Of a DNA stretch of 64,000 bases, positions 54,046 to 64,000 are shown piece after piece (position 1 is the stretch's first letter; every line of letters begins with the position of its first letter). This stretch comes from Leptospiraceae bacterium (GTDB lineage Bacteria > Spirochaetota > Leptospiria > Leptospirales > Leptonemataceae). Where the stretch lies: the NCBI GenBank assembly GCA_040217195.1, contig JAVJNR010000002.1, forward strand, positions 448,001 to 512,000, written 5' to 3'. A model generated the notes under the pieces. The model did no database searches. It saw only the letters and a list, made by a program, of their open reading frames with translations, and was not told the DNA's origin. Made by a program: the position numbers and the translations under genes.

Positions 54046-54530
54046 TGCAAACAGTCGCACATAGGAAAATGAAACGCACCTTTCGCCATAAGAATTCCCA
54101 TGGTCGGGAAGTGGCTCTGCAGGGCCTTTACCAGTCCGAGATCGGGGGACACTCTATATCTCAGATTCTGCGTTTTACCTGGCTAAATGAACCTCTGGAT
54201 AGCGATGTAGGATCTTTTACAGAGCAGCTAATTCAGGGAGTCCTGGAGCATACGGACCGAATTGACCAGGTTATCGATGCTCTGTCCGAAAAGGATGCTA
54301 CACAGATTTCAACGGTTGTCCGATGTATACTACGGATGGGCATCTATGAGTTGCTTCTGGGATCCAATCCACCCAGGATCATCATCGATGATTTGTGTGA
54401 GCTCACACGTCGGTACGATGTAGAGGAATCCGTGGCTTTTGTGAACGGTATTCTCGATGCCTATCGGAAGAGAAGGGAAAGCAAGACGGGCAGCGAGGAC
54501 AAGGGTGGCCAGGAACCGATTAACGTTTGA
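54042..54530 (+). CDS. nusB: transcription antitermination factor NusB
   Basis: RE.ALQ.LYQ, ILR.G.YEL, FVNGILD; follows ribH. Confidence 0.9.
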   Translation: MMQTVAHRKMKRTFRHKNSHGREVALQGLYQSEIGGHSISQILRFTWLNEPLDSDVGSFTEQLIQGVLEHTDRIDQVIDALSEKDATQISTVVRCILRMGIYELLLGSNPPRIIIDDLCELTRRYDVEESVAFVNGILDAYRKRRESKTGSEDKGGQEPINV

Positions 54531-56580
54531 CGATAGTGCTCCGGACAGGGGCTCCGAAGAGACTTTTCAGGACAGTCCGGTTACCGTCTATTTAGATGAA
54601 TCATCTCCCGGCAGAAAAAGGAAACGGCTGGCTCTGTTTGGTGGCCTCGGTCTACTATTAATTGCACTTCTGGTCGGCGGCTTTGCTCTGTATCATTTCT
54701 ATTTTCAGGGCGGCAACTCCAAAACGGAGGATATTGCAGGCCCTATGGATCTGGACTCTGTCCGAGATAGATTCTACCTGCCCACCGTATCCAATGACTC
54801 CGAGCTGGAGAAGCTCATCAATCGCTACCGAGAGGGATTTCGGGACGAGGCCAGGCGAGGCTTTGAAGAGTACCTCCAGACCGATGCCTCGGACCAGGGT
54901 AAGGCGGTGGCCCTGACTTACCTGGGTGTCCTGGCCCTGGAATCTGATAAACATGGTCTGGCCCGGCACCACCTGCTTCGGGCCTTAAAATATGATCAGT
55001 CTTTTGTACCTGCTCTGGTGAACCTGGCCATTGCGGAGCGAATGATGGGAAACCTGGAAGGGGCCCGGGATTATGCCGAACAGGCCCGTAAAATAGCGCC
55101 CAATGATCCTGCCGTATCGCTGTTGCTTGGTAACATAATGATGCAGGATCAGAAACTGGATGAGGCTTCTGAGTTGTATCGCGAAGCACTGGAAGATGCT
55201 CCGGCTGACTCCTACCTGGCCTATAACCTGGGTATTTCCCTGGTAAGACAAAACAAACTGGAAGAAGCTATCATGGCATTCTCCAGGGTAATCGATGGAG
55301 ATCCGCAGAGCACTCTTGCGGTGCGCTCACACGGTCATCTGGGACAGATCTATTTCTCCAAAGGCAATCTGGAAATGGCCGCCGATCATCTTCGCCGGTC
55401 CACTACCCTGGCTCCTGCGGAAGCTCGCTATCACTACAATCTGGGAATTGTCTATCTTCGCATGAATCGGCAGCGAGAAGCCATTCAATCCTTTCAGATT
55501 GCACTGGATGCAGGGGGCGATGATTCTAGAGTATTTCGCGGCCTTGCCCGTGCATTTCTGCGACTGAATCAACCGGGCATGGCCAAAAGAGCGCTGCAGA
55601 AAGCCCTGTTAATCAATCCTCAGGACACAGACAGTATGCTGGAACTGGGAGATCTGCAGGCCTCCCAGGGAGATTTGCTCTCCGCAGTGGACTCTTATCG
55701 TGCAGTGGTTCAGATGAGTCCGGGCAATGCTACCACAGCAGATGCCCTGGATCGACTGGCCCGGGTTTATGTAAGACTGGAAAGGTATGACGATGCAGTG
55801 CAATCCTACTACCAGGCGCTTCGCATTGATCCAAACCGCAGCAGCCTGTATCTGGGGCTGGGCCATGCTCTTCAGAAGGCGGGCAAACCGGAAGAGGCTA
55901 TCAATATCTGGAAAAAGGCACTGCAGCAGGGCGTACAACTCTCTCAAAGCGAAGAAAAAGAGATCCGCTTCGCGCTGGCTCGAGTGTATGAAGACAATGG
56001 AGCTTTCGAATACGCAATCCGAGAGTATCAGATTCTGAAAGAGCGATTGCAGCAGCCCGGTCAGTCAAGCGTGGATCCGGAGGTTCTTCTGCGACTTGGA
56101 AGAGTGCTTTCTAAAACTGGCAGCAATGAGGCTTCCCGGGAATTGGAACTGGCTGCCACGGCACCCAATGCATCCGCTGCCATCCGCAAAGAAGCTTACT
56201 TGCTTCTGGCCAACCTCTATGGAAAGAGCAGCAATCCGGATTCCCTGGAAAAAGCCAGAAGAGCCATCTATCAGGCGGCCAGGCTGGATCCACAGGATCC
56301 AGATGTGAATTTAAGCCGGGCAAGAATTCTCCTGGCAACTGAGTCGCCTGTGGACAGAGAAAAGGCCATTGAAGTATTGATGGCTTTGACTGCCACGGAT
56401 CTGGATGCCAGCACATCCGCTCAGGCCCATAATCTCCTGGGAGTGGCCTACTATAGAAATGCCGAATACAGACGGGCCATGGGAGCGTTTGATACGGCCA
56501 TCGAACTGGACCCGGGACTGCGGGAGGCCTATGATAATCAGCGAGCCGCCTCCAATGCCTATGAGTCCAATTTGCGATAA
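54505..56580 (+). CDS. membrane-anchored tetratricopeptide-repeat protein
   Basis: single TM after RKRKR, many TPRs; GTG 54505 preceded by GAGGA. Confidence 0.88.
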   Translation: MARNRLTFDDSAPDRGSEETFQDSPVTVYLDESSPGRKRKRLALFGGLGLLLIALLVGGFALYHFYFQGGNSKTEDIAGPMDLDSVRDRFYLPTVSNDSELEKLINRYREGFRDEARRGFEEYLQTDASDQGKAVALTYLGVLALESDKHGLARHHLLRALKYDQSFVPALVNLAIAERMMGNLEGARDYAEQARKIAPNDPAVSLLLGNIMMQDQKLDEASELYREALEDAPADSYLAYNLGISLVRQNKLEEAIMAFSRVIDGDPQSTLAVRSHGHLGQIYFSKGNLEMAADHLRRSTTLAPAEARYHYNLGIVYLRMNRQREAIQSFQIALDAGGDDSRVFRGLARAFLRLNQPGMAKRALQKALLINPQDTDSMLELGDLQASQGDLLSAVDSYRAVVQMSPGNATTADALDRLARVYVRLERYDDAVQSYYQALRIDPNRSSLYLGLGHALQKAGKPEEAINIWKKALQQGVQLSQSEEKEIRFALARVYEDNGAFEYAIREYQILKERLQQPGQSSVDPEVLLRLGRVLSKTGSNEASRELELAATAPNASAAIRKEAYLLLANLYGKSSNPDSLEKARRAIYQAARLDPQDPDVNLSRARILLATESPVDREKAIEVLMALTATDLDASTSAQAHNLLGVAYYRNAEYRRAMGAFDTAIELDPGLREAYDNQRAASNAYESNLR

Positions 56581-56745
56581 TGACTTTGCCGGATTCTTGC
56601 TTCCTGGAACTCCTGGAATCCTATATTCAGGAGCCTGTATTGTCTTTTCTTTGAAATCGACCCTGGCATTCTGTCCTAAATCTCTGGATTCTGTGAAATC
56701 CGGAACGGAATCAGGGAAATCCCTGAGATCTCACGCTGCAATTCT

Positions 56746-58098
56746 ATGAAAGCTCTTAAGTACAGCTTAGCATTTTTCATCGCTACGATTCTATTTACAT
56801 CTCTGAGCTCTGCCCAGGCCCAGTTTGCCATAGTCGATGGCAAGAAGGAAGTCCTGGAAAAGCTGGAGTCCGGAGGCCCGGCTCGCAGGCAAGCAATCTG
56901 GTTTATCTATCAGAATCGATATGATGAACTGTTGCGGCCGGCCATTCAGTATCTGTTCAAAAGCGATGACTTTGAGGATCATCGAGCCATACTCAGAGTC
57001 TTTGAAGCATACGGACCAGGTCTGGAGAGATTTGTTCCTGATTGGTATAGAATTCTGGATCGATACATGAATCGTAACGTTCCCGAGGATCTATTGCTTC
57101 AATGCATTGAGTTGGCTTCTTCCTGGAAAGAACATCGGATGATATTTGCTCTGGGCCGTATGGCCGATCATCCAAGAATGAAGGTCCGTCTGGGCGCCTA
57201 TCGCGCCATGGCCAGGATGGGAAACGATAATCTAATCCCTATTCTTATCCGGCAGATGAAGTCGGACCGGGCTGTGCATAAGATCTATGCTCTGGAAGGG
57301 GCCCGGCTATATCAGGATGAACGACTGGTGCCATTCATTCGAGATCTTCTAAACGATCCAAGTAAAAGTGTGCGAATCTTTGCGCTCAAGGCCATAGTGG
57401 AGCAGCATACGGATCAGGATGTCTCCTATCTTGTGGCGCGAAAATTTCAGGATGATCATAACGATGAAGTTCGGGCGCGTGCAATCGAGATGATTGGTCG
57501 AAAAGGCTGGGGCCGTCAGAATTATCTGGTGCACAAGGCGGTGACGGATTCTTCGGATGTTGTTCGATGGGCTGCAGTGCGATCAGCTGTGGCCATGAAG
57601 GATCGTGCAAGCGCGGCTCCCATTTCCAGACAACTGCGTATTGAAAAAGAAGATGAACTCAAGCTGGCAATGATCGAGGCCCTGTTGGATTTACGCATGG
57701 ACGACTCTGCCAATGCACTGGCCCATTTACTTCGCAGCGATGAATCTAAAAATATTCGCCAACGAGCTGCCATGGCTATCGGTAACCTCCGAATTCGAGA
57801 CGGAGGCTTTGCATTAATACAGGCAATTCGAAGCGACAAGGAACTGGAAGTGAGGTTGGAAGCTGCAGCCGCTCTGGGCGAACTGGGAGATCCAGCGCTG
57901 GCAGAATCCATTATTGATCTTCTGGATAAGCCAGAAGAGGACCGGCGAGTGTTACAGCTGGCAGCTCTGGCAATTATTCGATCCGGTTCGGATGAGAAAA
58001 TTAGAAAGCTTCAAAGGGTGGCCAGCGATCTAAAGGATCGCGTTCTTGGAGAAGAAATTGAAAGGATGGTACGGAAGTATCGGCAAGAAAACCCATGA
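56746..58098 (+). CDS. exported HEAT/PBS-lyase-repeat protein
   Basis: signal peptide; repeated D....VR..A..ALG units. Confidence 0.85.
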   Translation: MKALKYSLAFFIATILFTSLSSAQAQFAIVDGKKEVLEKLESGGPARRQAIWFIYQNRYDELLRPAIQYLFKSDDFEDHRAILRVFEAYGPGLERFVPDWYRILDRYMNRNVPEDLLLQCIELASSWKEHRMIFALGRMADHPRMKVRLGAYRAMARMGNDNLIPILIRQMKSDRAVHKIYALEGARLYQDERLVPFIRDLLNDPSKSVRIFALKAIVEQHTDQDVSYLVARKFQDDHNDEVRARAIEMIGRKGWGRQNYLVHKAVTDSSDVVRWAAVRSAVAMKDRASAAPISRQLRIEKEDELKLAMIEALLDLRMDDSANALAHLLRSDESKNIRQRAAMAIGNLRIRDGGFALIQAIRSDKELEVRLEAAAALGELGDPALAESIIDLLDKPEEDRRVLQLAALAIIRSGSDEKIRKLQRVASDLKDRVLGEEIERMVRKYRQENP

Positions 58099-59171
58099 GT
58101 GAGTCAGAGGAAAATCAGAAACCGGCAATGGCCACTCCGGGCTCTCTGGATCCGGTGGATAGCTCCGGCAGTCAGTCCGCGTCTGGTGGAGAAAGTCATT
58201 CCGTTTCGAGTTCTAACTCCTCGACAGACTCAACTTCATGGAATGAACTAGATTCCCCGGCGGAATCAGGTTCGGACCTGGAGTTGGATCCTGCGGATTC
58301 TGCCCAGGATAGTTCTGATGACTCACACTTAAAACGAAAACGTAAAAGAAAGAGGAAAGTACTGCTTCCGGAAACAGGTTCCAGTGCAGAAGCGGCCATG
58401 CAGCGCAAGGAGCTGGCCAGCCCGGGGGAGTTAAAGAGAATCCAGAGAGCAGGTGTGAAGGTCCATGGCCAGAAGGTTGTGGCCGACGATGTTAATAAGC
58501 TTAAGAGTTTGAGCGTCACTCCTCAGCTAGAAGGCGAGTTCAGCGACCATTATATAGAGCCAGTTCGAATCGAATACTATATTCCCAAGGAATCCCGCTT
58601 TGTAACGGAAACCCGGTATCTGTACATTCCCCTAATTGACCCGGAACCACGCTCGGATCCCGACGATGCCGTATTGCGAGACCATATTCAAGACGAAAAA
58701 TTCATGGATCTACTTCAGGTGCTGGGTGACTATCCGCAGTATACTACCCTCATTTTAGATTCCTATCATGAAACGTTTCATATGTACGAAAGCCTTTCCC
58801 GTACCATGAAAGATGCAAGAAACAATATGGAGAAGTATCGCACAGCTCTGTATATGGTGGAAACCCTGGGCCAGCATGAGCCAACTCTGGCCGCACTGGA
58901 AGCTCTGGGAGAATTTCAGAGCTGGAATCTAAACTGGCTCATTCGCACCATGAATGAGAGAGGAATTGAGTTCGCCTGCGCAGATTATACCATATCCTAT
59001 CTCATCAAAAGGCGAAACGAATACTGGGAGCAAAATGAACTCCCATTCGATGAACGATTTGAAATTCTGGCTTCATTGTTTTATGACCAGGCCTTCCCCA
59101 ACCGTGGACTGCATATTGGTGAAGAAGATTACTTCTTCGATATCTTCGATAAGAAAAACTTCATAAGCTGA
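58095..59171 (+). CDS. hypothetical protein with Ser/Asp-rich disordered N-terminus
   Basis: 358-aa ORF overlapping both neighbours (ATGA, TGATG). Confidence 0.75.
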   Translation: MSESEENQKPAMATPGSLDPVDSSGSQSASGGESHSVSSSNSSTDSTSWNELDSPAESGSDLELDPADSAQDSSDDSHLKRKRKRKRKVLLPETGSSAEAAMQRKELASPGELKRIQRAGVKVHGQKVVADDVNKLKSLSVTPQLEGEFSDHYIEPVRIEYYIPKESRFVTETRYLYIPLIDPEPRSDPDDAVLRDHIQDEKFMDLLQVLGDYPQYTTLILDSYHETFHMYESLSRTMKDARNNMEKYRTALYMVETLGQHEPTLAALEALGEFQSWNLNWLIRTMNERGIEFACADYTISYLIKRRNEYWEQNELPFDERFEILASLFYDQAFPNRGLHIGEEDYFFDIFDKKNFIS

Positions 59172-60550
59172 TGAAGCAGCTTTTCTTCGTAAAGCCTCCT
59201 GTAGATGGAGCTGTAAAGACACGCCTGGCTTCTTTCCTCGGTCCCACAATGGCCCGTCGAATCTACGAATCTATACTGGTTACGCTAATTCGAAACTTTA
59301 AAGGCTCGGAAGTCTGCCTCTATATCGCATCAGAAGATAAAGATAGATACTTTCAGAACAATTTTCCGGACTACCAGCAATCCTACCAGACCTCCGGTGA
59401 TCTGGGAGATCGAATGGCCCATGCCTTCCTTGAGAGCGCCAGGAAATGGCCCGGTCAGAATATTCTACTAACAGGTAGCGACATTCCAGAGTATCATCCA
59501 TCGATTGCCAACCGAGCCAATGAATTACTCAATAGCAATGATGTAGTTTTGATTCCATCTACAGACGGAGGATACACAACCATTGGTTTTAGTTATAGGG
59601 TGTTTCGTGATATCCAAAAAGCTCAGGCGGATTCGAATTCCCGGTCAGAATCGGATTTTTTTAATCTGTTCAGCAATATTACCTGGTCCACAAATACAGT
59701 GCTTCAGGATCAAAAGCAGAAACTTGAATTGAGTGGTCTTCGAGTGGCTCTGCTGGAAGCACTGCACGATCTGGATGATGCTAGAGATCTGTATTTTCTG
59801 TATCGCAATGGAAAGTTGCCTGAAGCTACGTTAGAGTTGATGGAGGAATTGCCCGGAATCGCATTGCTTCTTCCTGTCTATAATGAGGTAGAAAACCTGG
59901 AATTCGTATTGAATCCATTGAAGGAATCCAGGTTCTTCGAATACATAGTTTGCGCAGATAATGGCAGTACCGATGGGTCCAGGGAAAAAGCCAGGGAATT
60001 AGGAGCCCTGGTAAGTCTCTGTCAAAGGCGAGGTTATGGTTCCACCTGTCTCAAGGGAATGGAATTGCTCGATGGTTATGATGACTGGGACATCCTTCTT
60101 TTTATGGATGCAGACGGATCGGATGATCCGGCAGACCTGGTATCGGTGCTGGGTCCTGTGGTCTCAAATGAAGCGGAGCTCTGTCTTGGGGCTCGCACAT
60201 CCGGAGCATTGCTACCGCACCAGAAATTTGGAAACTGGCTGGCAACATTTCTGATTCGTTGGATTTACGGATATTCATACAGGGACCTGGGTCCTTTTCG
60301 CGCAATCAATCGTAAAGCGCTAAAAAGACTGGCCATGGATGACCCGGACTTTGGCTGGACTGTTCAGATGCAAATAAGAGCTGTTCAGAATGGGCTTTGC
60401 ATTCGGGAAATGCCTGTAACATCCAGGAAGCGCTATGCTGGCAAAAGCAAAGTCAGCGCCACAATCCGTGGTTCTGTGCTTGCTGGCTGGATAATTCTTC
60501 GTACAGTATTCCGGGAATTTTTATTGAACAAAAAGGATTCCAGTGACTAA
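59171..60550 (+). CDS. fusion: DUF2064/TIGR04282 transferase plus GT2 glycosyltransferase
   Basis: N: K.P..G.VKTRL, GDLG.RM, GSD.P, DGGY, WST, D.DD; C: PVYNE, DNGSTDGS, FMDADGSD, DLGPFRAI. Confidence 0.85.
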   Translation: MKQLFFVKPPVDGAVKTRLASFLGPTMARRIYESILVTLIRNFKGSEVCLYIASEDKDRYFQNNFPDYQQSYQTSGDLGDRMAHAFLESARKWPGQNILLTGSDIPEYHPSIANRANELLNSNDVVLIPSTDGGYTTIGFSYRVFRDIQKAQADSNSRSESDFFNLFSNITWSTNTVLQDQKQKLELSGLRVALLEALHDLDDARDLYFLYRNGKLPEATLELMEELPGIALLLPVYNEVENLEFVLNPLKESRFFEYIVCADNGSTDGSREKARELGALVSLCQRRGYGSTCLKGMELLDGYDDWDILLFMDADGSDDPADLVSVLGPVVSNEAELCLGARTSGALLPHQKFGNWLATFLIRWIYGYSYRDLGPFRAINRKALKRLAMDDPDFGWTVQMQIRAVQNGLCIREMPVTSRKRYAGKSKVSATIRGSVLAGWIILRTVFREFLLNKKDSSD

Positions 60551-60561
60551 TCTGACTCTAT

Positions 60562-60729
60562 ATGGCAAAGTCAGACCAGTCGGGCCCGTCCGGAAAGGAT
60601 CGTCGCGGGCAGGCGGACCCAAACTATGAAAAACGTAAAGCCGAGGCTGAAGCCGGCGCTATCGAAATCGATGTGCATGAAGAAAAAGTGCCCGATTCTG
60701 TAGTAAAAGAGCGCAAGGAGGAATCTTGA
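60562..60729 (+). CDS. small charged hypothetical protein (55 aa, absent from ORF track)
   Basis: ATG 11 nt after the upstream stop; TGA overlaps TTG of next gene. Confidence 0.6.
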   Translation: MAKSDQSGPSGKDRRGQADPNYEKRKAEAEAGAIEIDVHEEKVPDSVVKERKEES

Positions 60730-61079
60730 GCGATCTGGCTGAAGATCTTCGTCAGTATTATATTACGCCCACTTACCTGGAGGTAATGCGTAAACGAGCC
60801 CGTCATTGGTCCGACGAATTTGTCCTGGCCCAGCTTCAGGAGTTCAAAAGCAGCATTCCGGATTATCCCGAGGTACATGAATTACTGGAAGGGGAAATGC
60901 ATGCTCGCAAGTTAAACCGAGCCAAGAAAGAAATTAAGCGAAAGAAGAGCGATGAGCTAAAGACTCTTCGGAAATCGCAAAAAGATCCGGACATTCAAGA
61001 AATCATAGATACGGAACTTCTTATTCGGGATGGAGTTAGACGTCTGCCTGATTCGGAAGAGAATGCTCGCATACAATAA
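60726..61079 (+). CDS. hypothetical protein
   Basis: TTG start after AAGGAGG SD; 117 aa, helical. Confidence 0.75.
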   Translation: MSDLAEDLRQYYITPTYLEVMRKRARHWSDEFVLAQLQEFKSSIPDYPEVHELLEGEMHARKLNRAKKEIKRKKSDELKTLRKSQKDPDIQEIIDTELLIRDGVRRLPDSEENARIQ

Positions 61080-61107
61080 TACTCCGGACAGATGACCGCA
61101 TTGTTCT

Positions 61108-62508
61108 ATGTATCAAGAAAGAGCCTTTGAACTACATACCCATTTATATGGATGCCTGCGAGAGGATGAGCTTAGATGGCTAGCCTCCCGAAAGAAGCCC
61201 CGGTGGCATATATTCTCTAATACGTTTGAAAAGACCTATGGTAAGCCACCAGACCTGGAAAACATTTTTTCTCCGAGCCGAAAGGAAGATCTTCGCAAAT
61301 ACTCAGTTTATGAATCTGTAGGGAACTTCCCTCAGTTTCAGTGTTGCTTTGATTTTGTCATAAGCGTAGCCCATGCAGATGAACAGGAGGTCTACGATGT
61401 GGCCCGTCGCCTTTCAAAAAGGCAGACAGAACCGTATGCAGAATATAGAATGCTTTTTGGACCTCAGCTAGAAATGGAAGATTATCGGCGAAGAATCGTA
61501 TCGCTTTGCGAAGGATTCCATTCTGCGCAGAACGATTCCTATCTGGTAATGTCTCTGTGGCGGGGGGGTGACCTTGCCGCGAAGCAATACGAAACGTTGT
61601 TACAATTGATGGATGATTATCCGGTGGTGCGTCAGCGACTGGTTGGTGTGGATTTCTGTGCTCAGGAAGAAGGCTATCCACCTGAAGATAAGGCAGATCT
61701 ATTTCAATCCATTCTGAGCAATAACAGGGAGTATCCCGATAAAGCTTTATCTATTCTATATCATGTAGGTGAATCCTTCCAGGATAAATCGGTGGAAAGC
61801 GCTGTGCGATGGATCTATGAGTCAGCCCGTCTGGGAGCTCATCGTCTGGGACATTGCATCGCTCTTGGCCAGGATCCCCAGGAATTTCTGGGTACCGTTC
61901 GAAAAGAGTCTCTCTCCGAGCGAATTCATCAATTGGAGTTTGAGCTTGCGCATGGTCTTGCCGTTTCGCATCCGAATGAAGATGAAATCCGAAATGAACT
62001 GGAAGAACTCAGACAGTCAAGTCTGGACTGGCAGGCCAGAGCATCGGCCAGTACTGCTGGGGCAGAACAGAGTGGCGAAGTGAGTTCCTCGGAAGAAAAG
62101 AATGCAGTAGGGCCTGCAGGCAACGAAGGAAATTCAGCCTTTGCCGATGATTTGATTTATGGCACCGAGCCTCAGATTGCTGTGCATTATACACCGGACC
62201 ATGTGGATCGCCTGAAGAGTTTTCAAGATCGTTTAATGGAAAAACTCAAAGAAATGCAGGTGGTCATAGAAGTGTGTCCCACGTCCAATCAAAGAATAGG
62301 TGCGGTCACAAGACATCCAGTGCACAGGTTTCTGGAAAATGATTTGTCCATAGTTGTGGGCGCCGATGACCCAGGGATATTCGACACAGACCTGGAGACC
62401 GAATTTCAAATCCTGAGCAACGACGGAATTAAGCAGCAGAAACTGGAGGAAATGGTAGAGCGTTCCCGGATAAGCCACAGTGCAGCGTTGTCCGGAAGGA
62501 AAGGCTGA
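61108..62508 (+). CDS. adenosine/AMP deaminase family amidohydrolase
   Basis: ELHTHLYG, HVGE, RLGH, EVCPTSN, ADDPG. Confidence 0.88.
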   Translation: MYQERAFELHTHLYGCLREDELRWLASRKKPRWHIFSNTFEKTYGKPPDLENIFSPSRKEDLRKYSVYESVGNFPQFQCCFDFVISVAHADEQEVYDVARRLSKRQTEPYAEYRMLFGPQLEMEDYRRRIVSLCEGFHSAQNDSYLVMSLWRGGDLAAKQYETLLQLMDDYPVVRQRLVGVDFCAQEEGYPPEDKADLFQSILSNNREYPDKALSILYHVGESFQDKSVESAVRWIYESARLGAHRLGHCIALGQDPQEFLGTVRKESLSERIHQLEFELAHGLAVSHPNEDEIRNELEELRQSSLDWQARASASTAGAEQSGEVSSSEEKNAVGPAGNEGNSAFADDLIYGTEPQIAVHYTPDHVDRLKSFQDRLMEKLKEMQVVIEVCPTSNQRIGAVTRHPVHRFLENDLSIVVGADDPGIFDTDLETEFQILSNDGIKQQKLEEMVERSRISHSAALSGRKG

Positions 62509-62512
62509 TGGA

Positions 62513-62917
62513 CTACTCTTCTTCTCTTTCTATGTACTTTCCTTTGCCGCGAGCTACAATTTTGCCGATTTCATTTTCGATTTCAGCTCGATTTTCCACC
62601 ACTCTACGGTTCTTCTTTACGAACCAACCACGAAGATAGAGGTTTTCACCCACTCTGGCTGGTTGTAGATAGCGGATTGTCAGCTCGCCGGTTACTGTAT
62701 CAAAGTTCATGGCATCGTTAATGCGAGCCATTGTTTCATCCAGTATGACGGAAAGGATGCCAGGGTGGACCTGTTCTGGTTCCCCAACAAACTTCTCAGG
62801 ACAGCGGTATTCACCGTACACAGTCTTTGTGTCCTCATCGAACGTTAACTTCAGCTGCAGGCCATCAGGGTTGTCGGTTCCCGAACCAAAACTGAGGCTT
62901 CCATTTCGACCGGACAT
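62513..62917 (-). CDS. PaaI family hotdog thioesterase
   Basis: G....VHPGI...ILDE.M, T.EL.IRYL.P. Confidence 0.85.
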   Translation of the reverse strand: MSGRNGSLSFGSGTDNPDGLQLKLTFDEDTKTVYGEYRCPEKFVGEPEQVHPGILSVILDETMARINDAMNFDTVTGELTIRYLQPARVGENLYLRGWFVKKNRRVVENRAEIENEIGKIVARGKGKYIEREEE

Positions 62918-63049
62918 GGCACTTAATTAAGTGATACTTCTCTTTTGTCAAGCATCTTTCGTATCTGTGGATTGACTCTGCAGATGCCGAAAATATAGAT
63001 AGTTCCAGTTATCTTTGCTCAGTTTTTTCTGACCATTAAGCACTTCTGC

Positions 63050-64000
63050 ATGAAACCAATCTCTACCGCTTTACCTGTTGTTGCCCTCTTGCTTTGTTCT
63101 TGTTACGGAGCCTGTTCATCCGGTCCCAGGTATCCAGGTATGGAGGATTCCGTTCTGGACATTCGCCATAGAGATGGCGATCGTATTCGGATTCTTTCCA
63201 TTTCTGATTCGCATGTACCAGATGAGGAGTCTGAAGAGAATCTTCTGCCAATTCGCAGAAAAGGCCAGGTTTTATCCGGTCTGGATCTTCTGGAAATCGA
63301 TGACTTCCGAATGTTACGCGACCGCCGATTTGCTTTGCTTACGAATGCCACCGGATTGAATAGAAATCTAGTTCCGGGCCTGGATCTTCTGGTTCGATCC
63401 GGAGTCAGACCGGCTCTCATTCTTGAACCAGAACATGGATTGTACAGCCATGAGGATCAGTATTTGCCGGGCGGTTTTCGCCGCGAGGCCCGGTATGGAA
63501 TCCGGCTGCTGAGTCTGTACTCTACGCAGAGAAAGCCTCAGGATTATCAGCTGGAGGGGCTCGAAGCAATTGTTATCGATATTCAGAATCTACCTGTGAG
63601 ATGCTATACCTATGTATCCACCCTCACGTATTTGATGGAGGCTGCAGAAAGAAATGGGATTGAAATAATTATCCTGGATCGTCCTCATCCCTACGGCTTC
63701 TGGAAGGCCAGCGGCCCTTATCTGGAAAGCGGGCTGGAAAGCTTTGTTAGCCTGGCTCCGGTCCCGTATCTCTACAGTATGACCATGGGCGAATATGCAC
63801 TCTATATGGCCAAATCCAGATTTCGAAAGCTGAAACTGTCTATAGTTAAGGTTAAGAACTTTGAAAGGGATGACTCGGAAATCTCCTTGCAACGGGCCTG
63901 GATTAATCCCTCGCCCAACATCCCGGATCTGGAAACGGCACTTGTATATGCAGGCGTTGTATTCTTCGAGGGCACCAACGTCAGTCTGGGCCGAGGAACC
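63050..64000 (+). CDS. DUF1343/NamZ exo-beta-N-acetylmuramidase family lipoprotein, 3'-truncated (absent from ORF track)
   Basis: my translation: MKPISTALPVVALLLCSC..., LTNATG, EPEHG, DIQNLPVRCYTYVSTL, LDRPHP, MTMGE, PSPNIP, EGTNVSLGRGT; frame open to window end. Confidence 0.9.
   Translation, partial: MKPISTALPVVALLLCSCYGACSSGPRYPGMEDSVLDIRHRDGDRIRILSISDSHVPDEESEENLLPIRRKGQVLSGLDLLEIDDFRMLRDRRFALLTNATGLNRNLVPGLDLLVRSGVRPALILEPEHGLYSHEDQYLPGGFRREARYGIRLLSLYSTQRKPQDYQLEGLEAIVIDIQNLPVRCYTYVSTLTYLMEAAERNGIEIIILDRPHPYGFWKASGPYLESGLESFVSLAPVPYLYSMTMGEYALYMAKSRFRKLKLSIVKVKNFERDDSEISLQRAWINPSPNIPDLETALVYAGVVFFEGTNVSLGRGT

Overview
About 50% GC bacterial chromosome segment, very probably from a Leptospiraceae spirochete. 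The evidence is the L14 insertion [16 protein letters not shown], RpoB KRRLNALG, a short-LID Adk and Leptospira-type hypothetical proteins. The middle half (16.5-46.6 kb) is the core information-processing supercluster: tRNA-Thr, tRNA-Trp, secE-nusG-rplKAJL-rpoBC, then the str, S10, spc and alpha operons. It has no rpsD, rpmG or tufB. The flanks hold housekeeping and envelope genes: malic enzyme, penicillin-acylase-like Ntn hydrolase, pirin, MlaD/Mce, MCP, three paralogous beta-barrel-like proteins, a CymR-like Rrf2 regulator, glycosyltransferases, DedA, sirtuin, tRNA-Val, VKOR-DsbA, ribH-nusB, TPR and HEAT proteins, an adenosine-deaminase-like protein, PaaI and NamZ. I saw no transposase, integrase, prophage, CRISPR array or rRNA. 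The most unusual feature is a ~400-bp modular, highly structured non-coding element joined directly to the 3' end of tRNA-Val(GAC). It has a 42-bp direct repeat, a 150-nt G-U-rich rod, repeated TTCGATGTG ends and repeated CCTCCATGG loops. Other points of interest are a GC3/GATC anomaly inside rpsJ, a degenerate alpha-CTD, a structured rpoC-rpsL spacer, an unannotated translationally coupled 55-aa ORF and a DUF2064-GT2 fusion. All family assignments come from motif recognition; no database search was run.
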